IMG/VR virus record: IMGVR_UViG_3300042507_003741
Coordinates: 17,602 to 81,601 of that record
Direction: 5' to 3' (one strand)
From: a virus
Length of the DNA: 64,000 nt
Position 1 is the first letter of the stretch. Every line of letters begins with the position of its first letter. Of this stretch, positions 38,998-45,647 are shown piece by piece. A model generated the notes under the pieces. That model saw only the letters and a program-made list of their open reading frames with translations, made no database searches and was not told the DNA's origin. A program made the translations under genes and the position numbers.

Positions 38998-40440
38998 CTA
39001 CGGCTGCACGGCCGTCGGAGCGGCCTGCAACTTGCGTGACATGCGATTGCGGACCTGCTCCAACTCGCCAAGCGACCCCCGCTCGGCAAGGTCATCATGT
39101 GCCTGCTGCTGCGCTGTAGATAGCCGCTCGTTTTCGCCAAGTGCGCGATGCAACTCGGCGCCCGCCCGACGGCTGCGATCTACCTGCTCGGGCGACTTGT
39201 AATCAAAATCGACGCCCGGCTTGCCGCCGCCAGCCGCATACTGGCGCCACGAGCGGCCCGGCTCGCCGCCTAAAGCCCCCTGCATTCCTGCGTCAAACGC
39301 CCACTCCTGGCCGGCGTCTCTGGCAAGCGCGGCCGACACAGCCGGCACTGCCGCACGGCCAGCCTTCGCCAGCACCCCCGCGCCTCCAGCGAGCGTGAGT
39401 GCTGCACTGGGGTCAATCCAGCGAACCAGATTCTCGCCCGTGTCGGCCAGCCATCCAGGCGGAGCGTAGCCTGTCGTGCGATACCACCGCTCCGATGCCA
39501 TCGGCGTATTGGAGTCGTAGACTTGGTTCTGGAGTTCGGCAATTCTGCGGCTGATGTCGCCAGACGAGGGCCGCGATCCGACCGGGAAGTCTGCAACGCG
39601 GGAGGGCATGGTCGTCCTGTAGTGCTGCGTGGCTGCGTGTCGAGCGCGAGCCCTGTCCCATGCCTCTTGGTCTTGGAACGCCCGAGCAATCGGCAGCGCC
39701 CATCGGACGTGCGCAGGAGCAAGGGCGTCTGCCTTGCTGGAGTCCGCCGGCACACCGGCCTCGCCACCTGCTGAAGTGAGAATCGCTTCGGCCGGGATTT
39801 CTGCCCAAGTAAAATACGATCCAGTGGGCGTCTCTGGGTCCGCCACAGCATTCAGCAGGGCATTCTGCCAGCCGCCCCAGCGTTGATACCCGCCCTGCGG
39901 CACGGAGAGCGGCTCCCCGTACACCCCTCCAGACCGAGCCAGCCGTTCGCCGGAGTTGCTGTCGTAGAAGCGAATCGCGTTCGCATCCAGCATCCTGCGT
40001 GGCGTCCGCATCCGCTGCGACTGCTCTTGCGACTCCAGTTCGCTCCCCAAGAAGTCCAGGTCGCGGCCGAAGTCCTGCATGTATTGCTGGGAGCGAGGGT
40101 CCAGCAGGTGCATGGACGCAGCACGCCGCTGCCGCACTTCTTGCGGCGACTTGCCTTCTGCGGCGTACTCCGCCCTCGCCGACTCGCGCGCCTCTGGATT
40201 TTCCCACGCACTCAACTCGCCGCCGTCATTTCCAACGGCAGTCCGCATCTGGGCCTGCATGTTGATGCGATCAATGGCCTCCTGGAGCGTGCGGTGCGGG
40301 GCAATTCCGTGCCGCCTGTAAATCTCCCCGCGAATGGCATCCGCCCGCTCCATGCCCAACGCACCCGGCTGGGCGGCAGGGTTGGGCTTGGGGCGTGAGG
40401 CGAAGATCGCGTCGATGCCCGCCTCGTTCAGTCCAGCCAT
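38998..40440 (-). CDS. hypothetical protein
   Basis: 480-aa ORF in late operon. Confidence 0.6.
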   Translation of the reverse strand: MAGLNEAGIDAIFASRPKPNPAAQPGALGMERADAIRGEIYRRHGIAPHRTLQEAIDRINMQAQMRTAVGNDGGELSAWENPEARESARAEYAAEGKSPQEVRQRRAASMHLLDPRSQQYMQDFGRDLDFLGSELESQEQSQRMRTPRRMLDANAIRFYDSNSGERLARSGGVYGEPLSVPQGGYQRWGGWQNALLNAVADPETPTGSYFTWAEIPAEAILTSAGGEAGVPADSSKADALAPAHVRWALPIARAFQDQEAWDRARARHAATQHYRTTMPSRVADFPVGSRPSSGDISRRIAELQNQVYDSNTPMASERWYRTTGYAPPGWLADTGENLVRWIDPSAALTLAGGAGVLAKAGRAAVPAVSAALARDAGQEWAFDAGMQGALGGEPGRSWRQYAAGGGKPGVDFDYKSPEQVDRSRRAGAELHRALGENERLSTAQQQAHDDLAERGSLGELEQVRNRMSRKLQAAPTAVQP

Positions 40441-40441
40441 A

Positions 40442-41098
40442 TCACCGTGTCTCCTTCAAGCCAGAAAGCACGCCGGGCTGCTGCTGTTGGGCGGCTCCAG
40501 CCCCGATCAGTGCAGGCACGGCCATGATGCGAACCGCATTCCGCAAGTGATGGTCGGGGAGGACAAACTCCCGGTCGTGATTGCGGGAACTTCCAGAGAA
40601 CGGCGTGTTGCGGACGTTGTATTGCGGCAACTCGTCGGCAGGCACGTCGATTCGGTAGATCGGCGCCTCCAGGTCGTTGTCGCCCACGTAGTAGTCCAGT
40701 TCGTGCGGGGCGTCTGTTGCCCACCGCCCTGCTGCGCCGGGCGGGTTGGGATCGAACTGATCCTGCATGGCATAGTCCCGCGAGCGCTTCCACTCGGCAT
40801 ACGGAACCTGCTGGCCCCACATGTTCACCGTTTCCGGCGGCTTGTAGTTGAGCGCGGTTTCGCCAACGCGATAGGTCCGCACGTAGCCCTCTGAGGGAGG
40901 CTCGGCGGCACCGATGCGGCGAGTCAGTTCATCGAACCGCTGCTGGTGCAGGGGGTTCCCTTTGTGGTATCCGCCCACAGATCGAGGCGGGGCAGGAACG
41001 GGTGCGGGCGGGGCTGGAGCGCGGACTTGCTCCGCCAACTCCGCCACCTTAGAGGCCCGCCCCAGACGGGCGGCAGCGAGCGCAGCGGGTGTTGCCAT
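40442..41098 (-). CDS. hypothetical protein, possible ADP-ribosyltransferase-like fold
   Basis: RTYRVG, GRWATD, YRIDVP, REFVLP spacing. Confidence 0.45.
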   Translation of the reverse strand: MATPAALAAARLGRASKVAELAEQVRAPAPPAPVPAPPRSVGGYHKGNPLHQQRFDELTRRIGAAEPPSEGYVRTYRVGETALNYKPPETVNMWGQQVPYAEWKRSRDYAMQDQFDPNPPGAAGRWATDAPHELDYYVGDNDLEAPIYRIDVPADELPQYNVRNTPFSGSSRNHDREFVLPDHHLRNAVRIMAVPALIGAGAAQQQQPGVLSGLKETR

Positions 41099-41113
41099 AG
41101 AAATCCCTCACGG

Positions 41114-41124
41114 GATTTATGGCC
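41114..41124 (-). promoter_or_regulatory. putative late-promoter motif GGCCATAAATC
   Basis: Upstream of head operon; flanking GTGAGGGAT shared with 58938 site. Confidence 0.55.
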
Positions 41125-41126
41125 GC

Positions 41127-41270
41127 CTACTTCGCCAACAGGTACAAACCCACGTTGGAGAAGGCGTACCCCAAGTAGGCGACCCCCATGCCGGGATTGC
41201 CCCGCCAGAACTGCTCGGCGGAGACGTAGGCGTAGATCAGCCCCGTCAGTGCTATCAGCCATCCGCTCAT
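41127..41270 (-). CDS. 47-aa membrane protein
   Basis: Hand translation MSGWLIALTGLIYAYVSAEQFWRGNPGMGVAYLGYAFSNVGLYLLAK. Confidence 0.6.
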   Translation of the reverse strand: MSGWLIALTGLIYAYVSAEQFWRGNPGMGVAYLGYAFSNVGLYLLAK

Positions 41271-41367
41271 TCGTCGTACGGGTAACCGTCCTCCGGGTCT
41301 TCGGTGTACGGGCCGGGCTCCGCGTCCTCATGGAACCAGGGGCGTACGTCGGGGTAGGTGGCTTGTG

Positions 41368-41694
41368 TCACTTTTCGACAGTTTCCGTGCCATCGCTCGG
41401 CGGGGCCGGGAGCGGCATCCAGTTAGTGATCCCGAATGAATCCACATCGTCATCGTCCATGCCGCAGAACCGCCACATCACCCCGTCATGCGATGCCATC
41501 TGAGCAAGGCGAATGTCTTTCGGAAACGCTCTTGTGACAGCCAAGACGGCGGCATGCACTTCCGGCAGCCGCTCCGTCACCGGAATCCAGCGCGGCACTT
41601 GCTCCTCCAACTCTTCGATCTCGGCGTGCATCCTCCGCTCCTCTGGCGTGCAGTCGCAGTTCATGGGCTTCTGGTCGCAGATCGGGCAATACAT
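41368..41694 (-). CDS. DUF551-like small phage protein
   Basis: RWIPVTERLPE..VL..ITNWMPLPAPP. Confidence 0.75.
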   Translation of the reverse strand: MYCPICDQKPMNCDCTPEERRMHAEIEELEEQVPRWIPVTERLPEVHAAVLAVTRAFPKDIRLAQMASHDGVMWRFCGMDDDDVDSFGITNWMPLPAPPSDGTETVEK

Positions 41695-41714
41695 CCTACT
41701 TCTCCTCTACGCTC

Positions 41715-41763
41715 ACAGAACCAAGCGATGCAGCGGACGAGACGCTGATCGCCAGCGTTCTCA
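41715..41763 (+). repeat. attC: attC site 1 (49 bp)
   Basis: ACAGAAC-CAAGC-GATGCAGC-GGACGAGAC-GCTGATC-GCCAGC-GTTCTCA: R'', 5-nt spacer, L'' with extra base, L', 6-nt spacer, R'. Confidence 0.85.
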
Positions 41764-42053
41764 CTCATCGACACTAACTGCGGCGCCTTCAACGGTCGGC
41801 TCATTGAGTTCATAGGCCGGAACATCAGCCTCCACCCACCGAATCTGTTTGTCGCCGTCGTTTCCTTCCATGCACTCATACGCAATGTTGGCGGCTTCGC
41901 GACCAGCGTTCTGCCAGCCGTTTGCGGAATAATTGCCATCCTCCGACACGCACACCGCTATGCGAACCCGAATCGTTTTTGCTTCGCTCATTGCCTGTCT
42001 CCTGTTCTTGTGAGAACCACGCGATGCAGCGGACGAGCCGCTGATCGCTGGCG
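41758..42053 (+). mobile_element. gene cassette A (296 bp)
   Basis: Start G/TTCTCAC is the reverse complement of own R'' GTGAGAAC. Confidence 0.8.
41761..41991 (-). CDS. cassette A hypothetical protein (76 aa)
   Basis: MSEAKTIRVRIAV...; AGGAG RBS; TGA lies in R' of attC1. Confidence 0.7.
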   Translation of the reverse strand: MSEAKTIRVRIAVCVSEDGNYSANGWQNAGREAANIAYECMEGNDGDKQIRWVEADVPAYELNEPTVEGAAVSVDE

Positions 42054-42059
42054 TTATGC
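42011..42059 (+). repeat. attC: attC site 2 (49 bp)
   Basis: TGAGAAC-CACGC-GATGCAGC-GGACGAGCC-GCTGATC-GCTGGC-GTTATGC. Confidence 0.9.
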
Positions 42060-42323
42060 GGTCGGGTACTTCTTCTGAAACTGCTCGTACGTCATCGCGT
42101 CCCCTTGGCCGCCGACGCCTGTTGCGATGAATGACCCGCGCGATACCCGGATGGATTTCACGCCCTTCAACTTCTTCCGGCCGGTGAACTCGCGGTATCT
42201 GATTGCTGACCAGCCCTTGCCTTGGCAGTGGATGCAGACCACAGCCTCCCCTTCGCCTTCGCACATGCCGCGATACAGGCCCGCCCCATGGCATTCGTCG
42301 CACTCACACTTGATGTCTGGCAT
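42054..42323 (-). CDS. cassette B protein with DnaJ-type Zn-finger repeats
   Basis: CDECHGAG, CIHCQGKG; GGAGG RBS; TAA formed by first three cassette bases. Confidence 0.75.
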   Translation of the reverse strand: MPDIKCECDECHGAGLYRGMCEGEGEAVVCIHCQGKGWSAIRYREFTGRKKLKGVKSIRVSRGSFIATGVGGQGDAMTYEQFQKKYPTA

Positions 42324-42392
42324 TTGTCCTCCTGAGTCAACCGCATAACCAGCGGATGAAGCGGACGGCGGGGCCGCCGCTGATCCTGCGTG
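42054..42392 (+). mobile_element. gene cassette B (339 bp)
   Basis: Start G/TTATGCGGT is the reverse complement of own ACCGCATAAC. Confidence 0.85.
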
Positions 42393-42398
42393 TTCTCA
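42343..42398 (+). repeat. attC: attC site 3 (56 bp)
   Basis: GCATAAC-CAGCG-GATGAAGC-GGACGGCGGGGCCGCC-GCTGATC-CTGCGT-GTTCTCA. Confidence 0.85.
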
Positions 42399-42704
42399 GC
42401 CCAGCCGTTGCAGTATCGATTCAACAGCCACCCTATGCGGCTCATACATGATCGTCGGAAGCATCCGACGGAGCGCCTCCCGCTCCGCGTCGGTGAGCGT
42501 GGGCTGCGGCTCGCGGTAGAGCGACTGCACTGCCATGTCGCCCGCAGCAACCATCTCTGCGTCAGGCCGGTGCAGAAAAAAGTCCGCGTGGTCAGTCCAC
42601 TCAACCATCCACGCCACCGGCTGAGAACCACGCGATGCAGCGGACATATCATCTACCTCGTCTGCCATGGTTGCTCCTGTGTTCGATGCCGCTGATCGCT
42701 GGCG
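42393..42704 (+). mobile_element. gene cassette C (312 bp)
   Basis: Start G/TTCTCAGCC is the reverse complement of own GGCTGAGAAC. Confidence 0.85.
42396..42668 (-). CDS. cassette C protein (PVAW / LTDAERE module)
   Basis: RBS AGGAG and ATG lie inside attC4 loop; stop in R' of attC3. Confidence 0.7.
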   Translation of the reverse strand: MADEVDDMSAASRGSQPVAWMVEWTDHADFFLHRPDAEMVAAGDMAVQSLYREPQPTLTDAEREALRRMLPTIMYEPHRVAVESILQRLG

Positions 42705-42710
42705 TTCTAA
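42622..42710 (+). repeat. attC: attC site 4 (89 bp)
   Basis: TGAGAAC-CACGC-GATGCAGC-(49 nt)-GCTGATC-GCTGGC-GTTCTAA; arms identical to attC2. Confidence 0.88.
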
Positions 42711-42940
42711 TTGGTCCGCTCAAGCAGGCCGTCGATCACGGCGGCGACCTCCACACTGTCGGCAAACCGCCCCGCGAAGTAGTCTTCTCGCACTCGCCGC
42801 AGCACCTTCCTCAGCGACTCCCGCTCCTCGTCGGTGGGCCGCAGGCGTGCGACCTCCGCCTCTAACTGCTGCACTCGCTCCATCGCCTGGATTAGTGCAT
42901 CCAGATCGTCAGGCATCATCGGCGGCACAAGATCACTCAT
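42707..42940 (-). CDS. small protein with TDEERE..GLLERT module
   Basis: AGGAG RBS; TAG stop in R' of attC4. Confidence 0.65.
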   Translation of the reverse strand: MSDLVPPMMPDDLDALIQAMERVQQLEAEVARLRPTDEERESLRKVLRRVREDYFAGRFADSVEVAAVIDGLLERTN

Positions 42941-42970
42941 GTCTGTCTCCTTTACGTTGAAATCACGCAA

Positions 42971-43201
42971 TCACTTCCTGTCGATCACCTTGCGTAGCGT
43001 GTCGGCATCCCGTCGCCGCTCGTCCCCCAGTTGCTCAAGCCTCTCGCGCAGAATGGAGTTCACGCCGCGCAGCCGCCATATCTCGTCTACCAGCGGATCG
43101 GCGCCGGTAGCCCAATGCAGCAGCCACGCCGATCCAATGAACGACGCCGGGATGAGTACGGCCAAGGAGAACCACGCATACCAAGGCATTTCGTTAGGCA
43201 T
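42971..43201 (-). CDS. small membrane protein
   Basis: Hydrophobic N-terminus plus coiled coil. Confidence 0.55.
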   Translation of the reverse strand: MPNEMPWYAWFSLAVLIPASFIGSAWLLHWATGADPLVDEIWRLRGVNSILRERLEQLGDERRRDADTLRKVIDRK

Positions 43202-43922
43202 TTGTTGTCCTCTCCAGAAGGCCGTCCAGCACCGCCGCTATCTCGTCGCACGCCACATCGCCAACGTCGGCGTAGGCGTCGCGTACTTCACGCAGGACGA
43301 ATCGCTCCGCGTCGGTCAGCGTGAACGGCGTCAGCGAGCAGTGAAGCGTAGTGCGGCCAACAACGTGGGGGCAGGTCTGCGGGGTGCGGTAGAGCGGGAC
43401 GACCTCCCCGTCGTTTTCGTCCGCTGCCGCGTCGGCGTGTTCGCGGTGCAGCGAAACCATCTGCCATTCGTCGGAGTGTGCCAGCCACGCCACCGGATCC
43501 TGTGTATTGTGCCCCCGCCCACCCGCCGCCTCGCCGGTGCCGGGCCGCGTAACGTCTAGGGGCCGCCCCTCGCCGCTTCCATCGCTGGAGGCCGGTGGCT
43601 GCGCTATCGCAGGCGAGGAGCCATCTGTCTCCACGCATGGTGGAGCAGTCTGATTGCCGGTGCCCAACACGGGTCGCGTCACGGGTTTATCAGTCCCGCC
43701 GCTGCCGCGTCCTTCAGACGCATGAACGCCTGTTGGCAACTGGACTCTCGCCGCCGGCGCGGCGTCATGTTCGGTTCGCTCCCGCTCGCGGAGCATGGCG
43801 TCGGCCCAGCGGTAGGCAGCCGTGAGTAGGTGTTCCCACTGCAATGCAGTTGGGTACTGATTGGCCTCGTCTGACAGCAGCCCGGTCAGGGCCGCAGCGG
43901 CGAAGTGGTCACGGTCTGTCAT
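43194..43922 (-). CDS. modular phage protein (RDHFAAAAL / PVAW / LTDAER modules)
   Basis: MTDRDHFAAAALTGLL..AY..ADAML; C-terminus related to 42396-42668 and 42707-42940. Confidence 0.65.
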   Translation of the reverse strand: MTDRDHFAAAALTGLLSDEANQYPTALQWEHLLTAAYRWADAMLRERERTEHDAAPAARVQLPTGVHASEGRGSGGTDKPVTRPVLGTGNQTAPPCVETDGSSPAIAQPPASSDGSGEGRPLDVTRPGTGEAAGGRGHNTQDPVAWLAHSDEWQMVSLHREHADAAADENDGEVVPLYRTPQTCPHVVGRTTLHCSLTPFTLTDAERFVLREVRDAYADVGDVACDEIAAVLDGLLERTTNA

Positions 43923-44146
43923 GTCTTGTCCTCCTCGTTGGCCCACAGCATTGCGGCCTTCTCGTCCCAGCAGTCAGCCCGTCCCATGTCGAACCAGTGC
44001 GGGAAATGTCGCAGCACAGCCCGCGCCTCTTGGCGAACCTCCGTGCGGATCCCCTTGATGCCGCCCTCCACATAGACGTTGGAGAGCCGCACCAGGAAGT
44101 CGCGGGCACGGAGGACCGCTAGCGTTCGTTCACACGGGAGGGTCAT
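43919..44146 (-). CDS. BPSL0761-like small protein
   Basis: MT.P.ERT.AVL..RDFL..VRQEAR..LRHFP. Confidence 0.65.
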   Translation of the reverse strand: MTLPCERTLAVLRARDFLVRLSNVYVEGGIKGIRTEVRQEARAVLRHFPHWFDMGRADCWDEKAAMLWANEEDKT

Positions 44147-44421
44147 GGCCACCTCGGGTACAGGAGGCAACCTTCATTGGCGTAGCCGTTCATCACTTCG
44201 ATGGCGGAGATCCGCGGGAACTCCTTGGCCATCTCCTTGGCAATGTCCTCGCCAGGCAGCATGTCCAGCCGCTGGCGGTGGGCTGCCACCCAGGCTTGCA
44301 TCTTGGCCATGTCATCGCCGTGCGTCGGGCCATGCTCTTTCCTCTCAACCCAGGTCCGAATGACATGGTTGAAGGTGCGGAACTTTAGGATGTTTTCCCA
44401 GATCACTTGTTTGCCAAACAT
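44143..44421 (-). CDS. hypothetical protein
   Basis: ORF coupled to downstream gene. Confidence 0.55.
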   Translation of the reverse strand: MFGKQVIWENILKFRTFNHVIRTWVERKEHGPTHGDDMAKMQAWVAAHRQRLDMLPGEDIAKEMAKEFPRISAIEVMNGYANEGCLLYPRWP

Positions 44422-44427
44422 TACATC

Positions 44428-45069
44428 TCACCCCATGTGCTTACGAGTTTTTGCTGGAGCCTTTGCAGCTCGGCCTCCAGCGTCCGGATGCGTCTTCGCA
44501 ACGTATCGTTCTCTCTCTTCAGTCTCTCCTCCTCCTGCAAGGAAGGCTTCGGTTGGTCCATCTACTAGGTCCAGATAGGCGTGCGGGTACAAGAGGTTGA
44601 TCAACGAATCGGCCGTACGGAGGTGCGCTTTCGGGGCGACGAGGACCGGCACCTCATGCCCACGGCCGCGGTCAAACGTAACGGCCTCTGTCCAGCTCTC
44701 GTCACGGTCCAGGATGGTGAGCCACACCCACTTGCCAGTGGGCTTCGACAGGTACACGTAGATGAGGTTCTGCGTGGACTCCATCTCAAGGCCGCGCAGG
44801 TCATCGACAAAAACCGTGTCGTAGGGATAGGACTCCGGATCATCGAACGACAGGCTCCGCTCCTTGATCTCAATGGAGAACAGCCCAAGGGCGTCAGGGG
44901 TTTCAACATGTCCAGTTTTCCTGCAATGCTGTTTGACAACTATCTTCTTGCCGTGAGCGACCGACCGTCCGCTGGTCCGCATCGCCTCCACCCATTTGCG
45001 TTCGGCCGCCTGGCCTTTAACGAGTGCCGACTGGAATGAACGCATAGTCGTTCCAAAAGGAGTAGACAT
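44428..45069 (-). CDS. PD-(D/E)XK nuclease-like protein (start uncertain)
   Basis: G..AE, TPD..IEIKER. Confidence 0.55.
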   Translation of the reverse strand: MSTPFGTTMRSFQSALVKGQAAERKWVEAMRTSGRSVAHGKKIVVKQHCRKTGHVETPDALGLFSIEIKERSLSFDDPESYPYDTVFVDDLRGLEMESTQNLIYVYLSKPTGKWVWLTILDRDESWTEAVTFDRGRGHEVPVLVAPKAHLRTADSLINLLYPHAYLDLVDGPTEAFLAGGGETEERERYVAKTHPDAGGRAAKAPAKTRKHMG

Positions 45070-45535
45070 GCATGGCAACCGGCACGCGCGGCTGACCAAC
45101 CATGCAGCCCTGGATCACACCCGCAGCCCGCAGCTCCGCCGCGCGCTTGTACAACTCCTCCGGGGGCACATCGTCTCGCTGGAGCCCGCATTCCAGGAAC
45201 TCCAGGCGTTCCGGGATGGGCTCGTTCGCCTTTATCTCATCCGCGTTGTCGCGGACGGCCTTGGCCCAACGATTCGACCGGGAGAAAATCTCTGCGATGT
45301 CGGCGTCATCCAAGCCCCAGTCACGCATGACCACCAGGGCCAGACGCTCGGGCGACGGCATGTAAGTCAGCCGCTTCAGCAGCCGCACCGCACCCTGGGT
45401 CTGCGGGCCCAGCAGACCCAGGATCCTGGCCACGTAGGACGCCGGCTGGCCGTTCACCAGACACCGACGCTTCAGCTCGGGGGCGTGAGCCAAAGCATGC
45501 CGCAATACGACGCCACAGTCTGCGAAACCAACCAT
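45017..45535 (-). CDS. HTH DNA-binding protein candidate
   Basis: ERLALV.MRDWGL....IAEIFSRS..W, similar to sigma region 4-type HTH. Confidence 0.45.
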   Translation of the reverse strand: MVGFADCGVVLRHALAHAPELKRRCLVNGQPASYVARILGLLGPQTQGAVRLLKRLTYMPSPERLALVVMRDWGLDDADIAEIFSRSNRWAKAVRDNADEIKANEPIPERLEFLECGLQRDDVPPEELYKRAAELRAAGVIQGCMVGQPRVPVAMHVYSFWNDYAFIPVGTR

Positions 45536-45647
45536 CTTTCCTCTCCTCCTTGATGAAAGTTGTGGGGAAAACGTGATCCACATCGAAGTAATCCAAGACC
45601 TCCTGGAGCGTGTCATCCAGGAGAACGTCAGGCCGTTTGCTTGCCAT
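45321..45647 (-). CDS. hypothetical protein
   Basis: Coupled to helicase end; overlaps next gene. Confidence 0.4.
   Translation of the reverse strand: MASKRPDVLLDDTLQEVLDYFDVDHVFPTTFIKEERKDGWFRRLWRRIAACFGSRPRAEASVSGERPAGVLRGQDPGSAGPADPGCGAAAEAADLHAVARASGPGGHA

Larger units (their letters stand above)
1..44100 (-). mobile_element. Phage genome segment 1 (podovirus-like, probably temperate), truncated at left; right boundary approximate
   Basis: Terminase, portal, capsid, scaffold, tail hub, helicase, ERF and tyrosine recombinase genes; no tape-measure or sheath gene seen; AGCT not found by manual scan. Confidence 0.85.

Noticed and set aside
41715-42710. CRISPR array
   Set aside because: Repeats vary in length, are separated by whole genes of about 220-285 bp, have attC geometry, and no cas genes are present
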